DNA from: Planctomycetota bacterium
GTDB lineage: Bacteria; Planctomycetota; B15-G4; JADJEK01
Direction: 5' to 3'
Length of the DNA: 64,000 nucleotides
Assembly (NCBI GenBank): GCA_016213895.1
Contig: JACQZJ010000028.1
Location: 1,653 to 65,652 of the forward strand
Below are positions 1 to 8,397 of this stretch, in pieces (the first letter of the stretch is position 1; each line of letters starts with the position of its first letter). Both the position numbers and the translations under genes were made by a program. The notes beneath the pieces were generated by a model that was given only the letters and a program-made list of their open reading frames with translations, had not been told where the DNA came from and did not search any database.

Positions 1-1300
1 CGCGGACGGCGGCGTCCGGGCGTTCGGCGCGGCGGCGCCGGTTCCGGACGCCGGCTGGACGGTGGTGGTGCTGCACGAGTACGAGGCGGCAATGGCGCCG
101 GCCCGCACCCTGTTCCGCAGCCTGCTGCTCTTCCTCTCGCTCTTGCTGCTCTCGGTCTTCCTGCTGTCCCTGCTCCTGTACCAGCGCTATCGCACGCAAC
201 AGCGCCTGCTGTGGCAGCTCGACCAGCAGGCCCGCTCGCTCGAGACCGAGGTGCGCGCGCGCACCGCCGACCTGGCGGCGACCAGCGCCCGCTACCGCGA
301 CCTGGTCGAGGACCTGCCGGACATCGTGTACGAGCTGGACGAAGCCGGTCGCTTCACGTTCGTCAGCCGGACGGTGGAGGCGGTGCTCGGCTTCCCGCCT
401 GCCGACCTGCTGGGGAAGACGCACCGCGAGTTCGTCGGGGCCGAGGACCGGGAGCGGTTCGACTCGTTCCGCACCGGTTTGACCGAGGGACAGCCGATGT
501 CGATCCTGGCGCTGCGCTACGCCACGGCGAGCGGCGGCAGGCGTTGGCTGTCGGTGCACAGCCGCGGCCTGTTCGACGCGCAGGGGCGGCTGCGCGGCCG
601 CCGCGGCGTGGCCCGCGACGTCACCCAGCAGGTGCTGGCGGAGAAGCGCATCCACGAGCTGTCGGGCAAGCTCATCAACGCCCAGGAGGAGGAGCGCAAG
701 CGGCTCGCGCTCGACCTCCACGACGAGACCGGGCAGCTCCTCTCGGCGCTGAAGCTGGGCCTGCAGGCGCTGGCCCGCTCGCGCCCGGAAGCCGCCGCGG
801 AGCTGGAGCGCCAGATCCAGCTCACGCAGCAGGCCATGGACCGCACCCGCACCCTGGCCTACAACCTGCGCCCCGCCATCCTCGACAACTTCGGGCTGGT
901 GCCGGCGCTCGAGGACCTCTGCGACACGCTGGCCGACTCGGGACGGTTGAAGGTGGACTACTCGCTGCAGGAGGTCGACGAGTCCCTGCTCCTGCCCAAC
1001 GTGAGGACCACGCTGTTCCGCTTCGTGCAGGAGGCGCTCACCAACGTCGTGCGCCACTCGGGCAGCGGCCGCGCCGAGGTGCGCCTGGTCAGCGGCGAAG
1101 CCCAAGTGCTGGTGGAGGTGCGCGACTTCGGCGGCGGCTTCGACGTGGGCCAGGCGCTGGACCCGGCGTCGGACCCGCGCCGCCTCGGGCTGGTGGGCAT
1201 GCGCGAGCGCCTCAACCTCGTGAGTGGCAGGCTGAGCATCGAGTCCTCTCCCGGCCTCACCGTGCTGAAGGCCGAGGTGGACCTGGGAGGCGCGGCATGA
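1..1300 (+). CDS. Sensor histidine kinase (TM helix, PAS, HisKA_3/NarX-type, HATPase_c); 5' end probably lies upstream of the window
   Basis: The frame is open from base 2. A hydrophobic stretch (LLLFLSLLLLSVFLLSLLL) is followed by a PAS-like segment. The H-box HDETGQLLSALKL and a C-terminal GxGxG ATPase region (VRDFGGGFDVG) are typical of NarL-partner kinases. The stop overlaps the start of the next gene (ATGA). Confidence 0.8.
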   Translation, partial: ADGGVRAFGAAAPVPDAGWTVVVLHEYEAAMAPARTLFRSLLLFLSLLLLSVFLLSLLLYQRYRTQQRLLWQLDQQARSLETEVRARTADLAATSARYRDLVEDLPDIVYELDEAGRFTFVSRTVEAVLGFPPADLLGKTHREFVGAEDRERFDSFRTGLTEGQPMSILALRYATASGGRRWLSVHSRGLFDAQGRLRGRRGVARDVTQQVLAEKRIHELSGKLINAQEEERKRLALDLHDETGQLLSALKLGLQALARSRPEAAAELERQIQLTQQAMDRTRTLAYNLRPAILDNFGLVPALEDLCDTLADSGRLKVDYSLQEVDESLLLPNVRTTLFRFVQEALTNVVRHSGSGRAEVRLVSGEAQVLVEVRDFGGGFDVGQALDPASDPRRLGLVGMRERLNLVSGRLSIESSPGLTVLKAEVDLGGAA

Positions 1301-1965
1301 AGGAGCGCGTGCGCGTGGTCGTGTGCGACGATCACGCCATCTTCCGCGAGGGGATCAAGCAGGTCCTCCTCGCCAACGGCTCCCTGGAGATCGTGGCCGA
1401 GGCCGCCACCGGCCTGGACGCGCTCCGGCTCATCCGCCAGGAGCGGCCGAGGCTCGTGATCATGGACATCTCCATGCCGGAAGTCTCGGGCATCGACGTC
1501 ACGCGGCAGGTGATGCAGGACCTGCCCGAGACGCGCGTCGTCATCCTCAGCGTGCACTCGCGCAAGATGTTCATCCTGGAGGCGTTGAAAGCCGGGGCGC
1601 GCGGCTACGTGCTCAAGGACTCGGCGGGCGAGAAGCTGCTCTCGGCGGTTGCGGCGGTGCTGAACGGCGAGTGCTACCTGGATTCGCCGATCGCCCAGCA
1701 CATCGTCGACGAGTTCATCCGCCTGCCGGCGCGCGACCAGGTCGCCGCGCAGGAGGAGCTGACCGACCGGGAGCGGCAGGTCCTGCTCTTGATCGTCGAA
1801 GGCTGCGGCAACAAGGAGATCGCGGCCAAGCTCCACCTCAGCCCCAAGACGGTCGACAACCACCGCTCGCGGCTCATGGCCAAGCTCGGCCGCCACGACG
1901 TCGTGGGCCTGGTGAAGTACGCGATCGGCCGCGGGCTGGTGGATCCGGACAGCTGGGGCCGGTGA
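1297..1965 (+). CDS. Two-component response regulator, NarL/FixJ (LuxR-type helix-turn-helix) family
   Basis: Receiver domain motifs (VVVCDDH, phospho-acceptor Asp in VIMDISMP, Lys in GYVLKD) and a C-terminal LuxR HTH (ELTDRERQVLLLIVEGCGNKEIAAKLHLSPKTVDNHRSRLMAKLG). The ATG at 1297 overlaps the kinase stop. Confidence 0.9.
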   Translation: MKERVRVVVCDDHAIFREGIKQVLLANGSLEIVAEAATGLDALRLIRQERPRLVIMDISMPEVSGIDVTRQVMQDLPETRVVILSVHSRKMFILEALKAGARGYVLKDSAGEKLLSAVAAVLNGECYLDSPIAQHIVDEFIRLPARDQVAAQEELTDRERQVLLLIVEGCGNKEIAAKLHLSPKTVDNHRSRLMAKLGRHDVVGLVKYAIGRGLVDPDSWGR

Positions 1966-2136
1966 GCAGGCCGGGGACGCGGGCAGGGAAGACTGAGGGA
2001 TCGCCCGAGCGCGAATGAGGTTCCTCCCTCATTCCGCCTGGCGCCAGGCCTCCCGAAGCTGGTCGTGAACGCCGGTTGGCCGGGCCCCGCCGCGGCCCGC
2101 GCCGGCGACACGTACGGCATCTGTGGGAGCCTTGAC

Positions 2137-2436
2137 ATGGCCTTTCGATTCAAGCTGGGAGCGTGGTCTAGCGCGCTCCTCCTGCTCCTCTCGCCCCTCA
2201 CGCGGGCCGCAGGCGAGAAGGCAACCGACCTGGTGGTGGTCGCGGACACCCGCGTGCTCGGCGGGTTCAACCGCTATCTCGCGGACCTCTACAACCACGA
2301 CCTGTGGCTGTTCGCGATCCACGCCGTGGTGCTGACCACCATCCTGGGCGGGACTCTCGGCCTGCTCATGGACGCGATCATGAAGCGCATCGGCATCGAT
2401 CTCGGGCGCAAGAAGACCGCGCAGCAGGAACACTGA
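2137..2436 (+). CDS. Small membrane protein (signal peptide plus one TM helix), function unknown
   Basis: Start MAFRFKLGAWSSALLLLLSPL with a second hydrophobic helix (LWLFAIHAVVLTTILGGTLGLL). It lies 15 bp upstream of the permease gene and is probably co-transcribed with it. Confidence 0.5.
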   Translation: MAFRFKLGAWSSALLLLLSPLTRAAGEKATDLVVVADTRVLGGFNRYLADLYNHDLWLFAIHAVVLTTILGGTLGLLMDAIMKRIGIDLGRKKTAQQEH

Positions 2437-2451
2437 CAGGAGCACGCGAAC

Positions 2452-3507
2452 ATGGACTGGCTGTACATGCACATGCCCATCGCGGGCGTCGACATCTTCT
2501 GGCCCGGACTCCTGCTCATCGGTTACGCGGTCGGCGTGATCGGCGGCTTCTTCGGCATGGGCGGCGCGTGGATGGTGACCCCCGGTCTCAACATCCTCGG
2601 CTTCCCCATGGCCTTCGCCATCGGCACCGACATTGCCCACATCGCGGGCAAGTCGATGATCTCCACCATGCGCCACTCGAAGTTTGGCAACGTGGACTAC
2701 CGCCTGGGGCTGATCATGCTGGTCGGCACCATGGCGGGCATCGAGGTCGGCGCGCAGGTCGTGATGTGGCTCGAGCGCCTCGGCGAGATCGGGCCGGTGG
2801 TGCGCTGGGTCTACGTGGTCTTCCTGGCCCTCATCGCGCTCATGGTCTTCTATGACTACGGCAAGGCGGTGGCCGGCCGCAAGAAGAGCCAGGACCCCAG
2901 TCACACCGGCGCCACCGGCGGCATCAACTGGGCGCCGAGCCTGCACAAGATCCGCATCCCGCCGATGGTCCACTTCCGCGTGGCCGGCATCTACTGCTCG
3001 ATGTGGCTGCCCATACTGGTCAGCTTCATCACCGGCGTCCTGGCCGGCTTCCTGGGAATCGGCGGCGGGCTCTTGCGCATGCCGGCTCTCGTCTACTTCA
3101 TCGGAGTGCCCACGCACGTAGCGGTGGGAACCGACCTGTTCGAGGTCATGATCTCCGGCCTGTACGGCGCGTTCACCTACAGCCTGAAGGGCCGCATCGA
3201 GCTGGTGGCGGTCTTCGTCATGCTGTGCGGCGCCGCCGTGGGCGCCCAGATCGGCACCGTCGCCACCAAGTACGCCAAGGGCTACGGCATCCGCCTGATG
3301 TTCGGCTTCGCGGTGGTCGCCTGCATGGTGTCGATCATCCTCAAGCAGATGGGCGTCACCACCACGGCCACGTTCATCATCCTGGGCGCGATCACCGCGA
3401 TCTGCGTCTACATTATGATCATCATGTTCCGGGGAGCGGCCCAGGAGCTGCGCGAGAAGCGCTGCGCCTCGTCGCAGCCGGCCGACCGAGTGGGAGCCGA
3501 GAGATGA
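2452..3507 (+). CDS. TauE/SafE (TSUP, DUF81) family anion exporter/permease
   Basis: Two internally repeated halves, each with a glycine-rich motif (GVIGGFFGMGGAWM and GFLGIGGGLL), and polytopic hydrophobicity, as expected for sulfite-exporter TauE/SafE proteins. Confidence 0.85.
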   Translation: MDWLYMHMPIAGVDIFWPGLLLIGYAVGVIGGFFGMGGAWMVTPGLNILGFPMAFAIGTDIAHIAGKSMISTMRHSKFGNVDYRLGLIMLVGTMAGIEVGAQVVMWLERLGEIGPVVRWVYVVFLALIALMVFYDYGKAVAGRKKSQDPSHTGATGGINWAPSLHKIRIPPMVHFRVAGIYCSMWLPILVSFITGVLAGFLGIGGGLLRMPALVYFIGVPTHVAVGTDLFEVMISGLYGAFTYSLKGRIELVAVFVMLCGAAVGAQIGTVATKYAKGYGIRLMFGFAVVACMVSIILKQMGVTTTATFIILGAITAICVYIMIIMFRGAAQELREKRCASSQPADRVGAER

Positions 3508-3821
3508 AGACGCTGCTGTCCTGCTGCCTGATGCTGCTCCTCCTGGTCGCTTGCGGCTGCGGGAATGGCGAGCGCGGCCAGGTGTACCAGGGTGTCTGTG
3601 TCAGAATGGATGCCGCCACGAAGACCCTCGAGCTGTCCAACACCGAGCCGGAGCTGAATCCCATCCCGGGCGGGACGGCGCTCTTCGACCTGTCGCGCGC
3701 CAGCGTGGGCCTTCTCCCGGAGCCGGGCGACGAGATCCGAGTCGCGTTCACCAGCGACGGCTCGACTCTCGTGGCGCACAAAGTCATGAACGTCTCCAAG
3801 CAGAGCCTGCGCGAGAAGTGA
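3504..3821 (+). CDS. Small lipoprotein
   Basis: ATG at 3504 overlaps the permease stop. Signal peptide with lipobox (MKTLLSCCLMLLLLVACGC). Confidence 0.6.
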   Translation: MKTLLSCCLMLLLLVACGCGNGERGQVYQGVCVRMDAATKTLELSNTEPELNPIPGGTALFDLSRASVGLLPEPGDEIRVAFTSDGSTLVAHKVMNVSKQSLREK

Positions 3822-3833
3822 AGGGAGGAAGTC

Positions 3834-4088
3834 ATGGACTTCCGCAGGCTGATCATCGTGTCGCTGATGGACCTCTTGCTGCTCGCGTCGCTCACCATCG
3901 CGATCTGGTGGGCGCACTTCGATCCGGCGGCAATCGCGTGGCGCTTCTGCCAGGTGTTCCTGCCGTGCGCGCTCCTGACGGTGCTGGCCGCCCGCGTCGT
4001 CCTCAAGCGGTTCGCCCCGAAGCGGGAGGACGCCGGACGGGGCTTTGGACCGGTGGGACTGTTCGGGAGGATTCCCGACAAGGACTGA
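3834..4088 (+). CDS. Small membrane protein, function unknown
   Basis: Strong RBS (GGGAGGAAGTC) before the ATG and two hydrophobic helices. It is tightly packed between the lipoprotein and the dikinase-like gene. Confidence 0.5.
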   Translation: MDFRRLIIVSLMDLLLLASLTIAIWWAHFDPAAIAWRFCQVFLPCALLTVLAARVVLKRFAPKREDAGRGFGPVGLFGRIPDKD

Positions 4089-4093
4089 GGGCG

Positions 4094-6589
4094 ATGGCGG
4101 CTTCCTTGCTCAACCGGCTGAAGAAGGCCTTGAACGTCCTGCGAGGCAAGCCGCCGGTGGCGGAACCGCAGCTCGCCGAGCTGAAGGCGCGGTTCAACGA
4201 CTTCAAGCACCTGTTGCGCGCCAACAACGACGTGCTGGGAATCATCGCGGAGATCCAGAACCGCCTGGACGAGAGCGGCTACCTGGGGCTGGACTTCCTG
4301 CGCTCGCGCTACATCGCCGCCAGCGCCAAGGTCCTGCTCATGATCCGCCACATGAACCTCATCAGCGGCGGGCGCTATCAGAGCCTGCTCGCCCCGTTCA
4401 TCGAGATCCGCCTGAAGGCGGATGACCTGCTCGCGGCCCAGGCAGGGGGCGAAGCACGGAACCCGTTCCTCCCGCTGGAGTCGGTGCTCCCGGGAATGGA
4501 GCACCTCTGCGGCGCCAAGGCGGCCAACCTGGCACAGCTCGCGCGTGAGGGGCTGCCAGTGCCCCCCGGGTTGGTCATCAGCACGGCCGCGTTCCGCCGC
4601 GTCATGGACGAATCCGGCCTCGACGCCACGCTGCGCAAGGGAGCACTGCAGGCGGAGGGGCGGGAGTGGGAAGCGCTCGAACGCTTCAGCCGCCGCATCG
4701 CGGACGAGTTCGAGCGGCTGCAGCTGCCGGCGGATCTCGAGCGCGAGCTGGTCGACCGCGCCGCCCAGTTGTCCGAGGCGCACGGCGGAGCGAGCCTCTC
4801 GATTCGTTCCAGCGCCCTCGGCGAGGACACGCAATCCTCGTTCGCCGGCTTGTACCAGAGGCTCGCCGACGCCGACGCCGAGATGGCGGCGCTGGTGCAG
4901 GTCATGGTCACGCCGGCGGCGAGCGGCGTGCTGTACACGCGCGATCCCCTGGGCGGCGGCGAAGACTTGATGCTGGTCAGCGCGGTTCCCGGACTGGGGC
5001 TCGGACTCGGCGACGGCTCCATCGACCCCGACGTGTACGCGGCCAGGGCTGGCGAGCGGCCGGTGGTGAACGTGCGGAACCTCGGCCGCCGGGGTCATTA
5101 CCTCGAGCTGGGTCCCGAGGGGCCGCGGCGGCGCGAGCTGGACGCCGCGGAGACGCGCGAGCCGCTTGTGCTCGCGGACGCCGTGCTGGAGCTGGTCCAA
5201 GTGGGCGCGCGCCTGCAGGATGTCCTCGGCGGACCGCTGGACGTCGAGTGGGTGCGGGACCGCGAAGGACGCTTCTGGATCCTCCAGGCGCGGCCGCTCT
5301 CGGTGCTGGAGTGGGCTGGCGCGGGCGCGCGCGTGCGCGTGAGCGCGCCAATGCTCCTCTCCGGCGGCCAGACAGCGAGGCCGGGCGCCGGCTGCGGGCC
5401 GGTCTTCCTGGTGAACGGACCGGAGGACATGGCGGCCTTCCGGGCGGGCGGCGTGCTGGTGGCGCGCGAATCGTCGCCGTCGCTGGCGTCGCTCCTGCCA
5501 GCGGCAGCGGCGGTGGTCACCGAGGTGGGAGGCGTGGCCGGGCACCTCGCCGCCCTGGCGCGCGAATATGGAGTGCCGGCGCTGCTCGGCGCCCGCGGCG
5601 CGCTCTCCCGGCTTCCCGCAACGGAGACCGTGACGGTGGACGCATCCGGCCGCAAGGTCTACTCCGGCCGCGTCGGCGCGCTCCTCGACCAGGAGGTGAC
5701 GGTCGGCTGGGCCCGCTCCACGGCGCGGGCCGCGCCCATCTGGCTGACGGCAGCGCAGCTCATCAGCCGGCTCAACCTCACCGATCCCCGTTCACGGGAC
5801 TTCAGCCCCAAGGGCTGCCGCAGCTTCCATGATCTGATCCGCTACATGCACGAGCTGTCGTTCCTGGAGATGTTCAACCTCGGAGACGAGGTCGGCCAGA
5901 CGGCTGGCGCCCAGGCGCGCCGCCTGCACGCGCTCCTCCCCTTCGAGCTGTGGTTCGTGGACCTCGGCGGCGGGCTCGCGGACGAGGGCGCCAAGCAACT
6001 GGAACCGGGGGCAGTGATCTCCAGGCCTGCCGCCGCGTTTCTCGGCGGGCTGCTCGACCCGCGTGTCCACTGGGGCGGGCCGCGCCCGCTCAGCCTGAAG
6101 GGGCTGGCTTCGGTCTTCACCGGCACGCTGCTGACGCCGCCGAACTCCGGCCAGATACGGGACCTCGGCAACCGCGCCTATGCGGTCGTGGGAGAGGACT
6201 ACTTCAACTTCAGCTGCCGGGTCGGATACCACTTCACCGCGCTCGACTGCTACTCGGGGTCGCGCATCAACGACAACTACATCGGCTTCCGCTTCCACGG
6301 CGGCGCGGCCACGGAGGACCGCCGCTCGCTCCGGGCGGAGATGGTCGAGCGCATCCTGCAGGGGCTCGAGTTCGCGGTGGAGCGGAACGGCGACGCGGTG
6401 AGCGCCTTCCTGAAGAAGCGATCGGCCGACGAGATCGAGAAGGTGCTGGCCGAGATGGGCCGGCTCGTGCTCTTCACCCGGCAGATGGACATGCTCATGG
6501 ACGGACCGGCCATGGTCGAGTGGCTCGCCCGGGCGTTTGCCCGCGGCGACTACAACCTGAGCCGCGCCAAGCCCGAACCGCGGCCCTGA
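4094..6589 (+). CDS. PEP-utilizing enzyme family protein (PEP synthase / pyruvate phosphate dikinase-like ATP-grasp domain plus swivel His domain) with atypical N- and C-terminal domains
   Basis: PPDK_N-like nucleotide-binding start (LCGAKAANLAQLAREGLPVPPGLVISTAAF), a DVEWV motif, and a mobile His domain (VGGVAGHLAALAREYGVPALLG). The C-terminal ~330 aa is not a clear PEP-binding TIM barrel. Confidence 0.8.
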   Translation: MAASLLNRLKKALNVLRGKPPVAEPQLAELKARFNDFKHLLRANNDVLGIIAEIQNRLDESGYLGLDFLRSRYIAASAKVLLMIRHMNLISGGRYQSLLAPFIEIRLKADDLLAAQAGGEARNPFLPLESVLPGMEHLCGAKAANLAQLAREGLPVPPGLVISTAAFRRVMDESGLDATLRKGALQAEGREWEALERFSRRIADEFERLQLPADLERELVDRAAQLSEAHGGASLSIRSSALGEDTQSSFAGLYQRLADADAEMAALVQVMVTPAASGVLYTRDPLGGGEDLMLVSAVPGLGLGLGDGSIDPDVYAARAGERPVVNVRNLGRRGHYLELGPEGPRRRELDAAETREPLVLADAVLELVQVGARLQDVLGGPLDVEWVRDREGRFWILQARPLSVLEWAGAGARVRVSAPMLLSGGQTARPGAGCGPVFLVNGPEDMAAFRAGGVLVARESSPSLASLLPAAAAVVTEVGGVAGHLAALAREYGVPALLGARGALSRLPATETVTVDASGRKVYSGRVGALLDQEVTVGWARSTARAAPIWLTAAQLISRLNLTDPRSRDFSPKGCRSFHDLIRYMHELSFLEMFNLGDEVGQTAGAQARRLHALLPFELWFVDLGGGLADEGAKQLEPGAVISRPAAAFLGGLLDPRVHWGGPRPLSLKGLASVFTGTLLTPPNSGQIRDLGNRAYAVVGEDYFNFSCRVGYHFTALDCYSGSRINDNYIGFRFHGGAATEDRRSLRAEMVERILQGLEFAVERNGDAVSAFLKKRSADEIEKVLAEMGRLVLFTRQMDMLMDGPAMVEWLARAFARGDYNLSRAKPEPRP

Positions 6590-6608
6590 ACAGTCCCGCG
6601 CCGCGCGC

Positions 6609-8120
6609 TCAGCGCGCGACGCGGAAGCCGATGCTGTCGCTCCTCCCGTCGAACGGAAACGAGAAGGAGCGGACCGCCGAGCGGCAGGAACTCGGCCCGC
6701 TGCGCCAGGATCCGCCGCGGAGCGCATGCCCGAAGCCCGTGTCCTCCGCGCTCAGCGGGTCTTTCCGGGGCGAACGGGCGTAGAAGTCCTTGTCGTACAC
6801 GTCCGCGCACCACTCCTCCACGTTTCCCAGCATGTCGAGGAATCCCCACGGATTCGCCGCGTACGTGCCCACGGGCGCCGTGAAGGCGCGGCCGTCGCCA
6901 TGGGGGAACACGTCAAACGGCGGCGGATGCCGTGCGCGCTTCAGTTGATCCTGGAAGTTCCCCGCGCCCTTGCCGTCCAGCTCGTCGTCGCCCCACCAGT
7001 ACGCCGTGCTCGTGCCCGCGCGGCACGCGTATTCCCATTCCGCCTCGCTGGGCAGGCGGTAGCCGTATGCCGCGCAGAACGCCTGCGCGTCCTTCCACGA
7101 CACCTGCGTCACTGGGTGCGAGTCGTCGCCCAACCCCGCCGCGTCGTCTGTGTATCCCCCTTCGCCCGACTCCTCTGCCTCGGTCCGATATCCAGTCCTC
7201 TTCGCGAACTCGCGCCACTGTCCGACCGTCACTTCCGTCTCGCTGAGGTAGAACAGCTTCGTGATCTCCACCTCGTGCCGCGGACGTTCGTCGTCAAACA
7301 GATACCCCTCCACCTCCCACTGCGGTGACCCCATCTCGAACTTCCCCGGATCCACCAGGATGAACGTGATCCCCGTCGCCGGGTCGCGCGCCTTCTTCGC
7401 GAAGCCCGCCGCTTCCACCCAGAATACGTCGCCGATCAGCGCCTGCGCATCGCCGTATGACATCGTGATGTATGCCGCGGCCGCGGAGTCCTTCATCACG
7501 AAGGCCCCGCCTCCCGGCTGCTCCGCATCGTCGACGCAGCCCACGATGAGCCGACTGTGGCCCGAACCCGCGGCTACGGGGTAGCCCTTGGCCAGCACGG
7601 CCTTGATCTCGCGCAGGTGTTCGTCCGTCAGTCCAGCTTCGGGCTTCCACGGATTGATCCAGTGGACCCGAAGGTCCAGACCCCGAATCTCCTTGGCCCG
7701 CGTCACCGCCTCCCCCGACGGCTTGAGCCCTGCATCGAACTCCGCCTGGTAGGGCATGTCCGCTTCCAAGCAGATGCCGTGCTCCTCGAAGCCCCGCAGC
7801 AAGTCATGGAAGAACCCACCGTCAGTCGGATCGCGCATGGCGGCGTTCGACGCCCAGTTCAGATACTCGACGCTGAGCGCGGTTCCCCGCCCGTAGTGCC
7901 GGGAGACGGCAAGCTCGAGCGCGCCCACAGTCGCGAAGACCGAGCAGGTGCCCCGCGCCCCCTGGCTGCGGGGCACAAGGCCCCACCCCTCGAGCTGCGG
8001 CCGCAGGTCCACGGACGCTGGCGCCTCCCCCTTGCCGGCGGGCAGATCGCCCTCCCGCAGAACCGCGGCGCCGAGTACCAGCGCCGCCAAGGTCCGCAGG
8101 AACCCTGAGGCTGCTCGCAT
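6609..8120 (-). CDS. Secreted fusion protein: papain-like (C1 family) cysteine peptidase domain plus FGE-sulfatase / SUMF1 domain
   Basis: N-terminal signal peptide. Papain-type active-site Cys context (QGARGTCSVFATVGALE). C-terminal formylglycine-generating-enzyme fold motifs (HPVTQVSWKDAQAFC, LPSEAEWEYACRAG, GNVEEWCAD, RGGSWRS, GFRVAR). Confidence 0.75.
   Translation of the reverse strand: MRAASGFLRTLAALVLGAAVLREGDLPAGKGEAPASVDLRPQLEGWGLVPRSQGARGTCSVFATVGALELAVSRHYGRGTALSVEYLNWASNAAMRDPTDGGFFHDLLRGFEEHGICLEADMPYQAEFDAGLKPSGEAVTRAKEIRGLDLRVHWINPWKPEAGLTDEHLREIKAVLAKGYPVAAGSGHSRLIVGCVDDAEQPGGGAFVMKDSAAAAYITMSYGDAQALIGDVFWVEAAGFAKKARDPATGITFILVDPGKFEMGSPQWEVEGYLFDDERPRHEVEITKLFYLSETEVTVGQWREFAKRTGYRTEAEESGEGGYTDDAAGLGDDSHPVTQVSWKDAQAFCAAYGYRLPSEAEWEYACRAGTSTAYWWGDDELDGKGAGNFQDQLKRARHPPPFDVFPHGDGRAFTAPVGTYAANPWGFLDMLGNVEEWCADVYDKDFYARSPRKDPLSAEDTGFGHALRGGSWRSGPSSCRSAVRSFSFPFDGRSDSIGFRVAR
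7250..7420. repeat. Duplicated DNA segment shared by the two FGE paralogs (copy 1)
   Basis: Roughly 85% nucleotide identity to 9105..9280 (GCGAAGAAGGCGCGCGAC...GGGATCACGTTCATCCTGGT...). The upstream regions also share a CGCCCAGGATCG motif. Confidence 0.7.
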
Positions 8121-8397
8121 GCATTCTCTCCGTCACGGCCTCGCCACGTCGCCCGGCCTGCCACGCCCGCGCCGGCCGCGCGCCAGGGTGCGCCAGGATC
8201 GCCGCTCTCGGCCAGCAGCGCAACCGGCTTGGGTTCCGGCAATGGGCGCGACCGTGGTCATAGCGCCGCGCAGCCTCCACCTTGCCACGGCCAGATGCCG
8301 CGCGGGGGCACTTGCTCTGCTCCGGCGCACTTCCCTGCCCGCGTGATCCGGGAGGGAAGGACGGGTAAGAGGGGAAGAGGATAGAGGATAAGAAGAA

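Noticed and set aside
211-1965. 584-aa ORF spanning the kinase and regulator in another frame, and similar long ORFs (2029..3117 -, 3422..5545 -, 4666..5832 +, 20068..23169 +, 36843..39998 -, 37355..40000 +, 32424..33854 +)
   Set aside because: They are Arg/Pro/Gly-rich low-complexity translations without domain motifs, and they overlap genes that have clear signatures. This is a typical GC-rich out-of-frame or antisense artefact.
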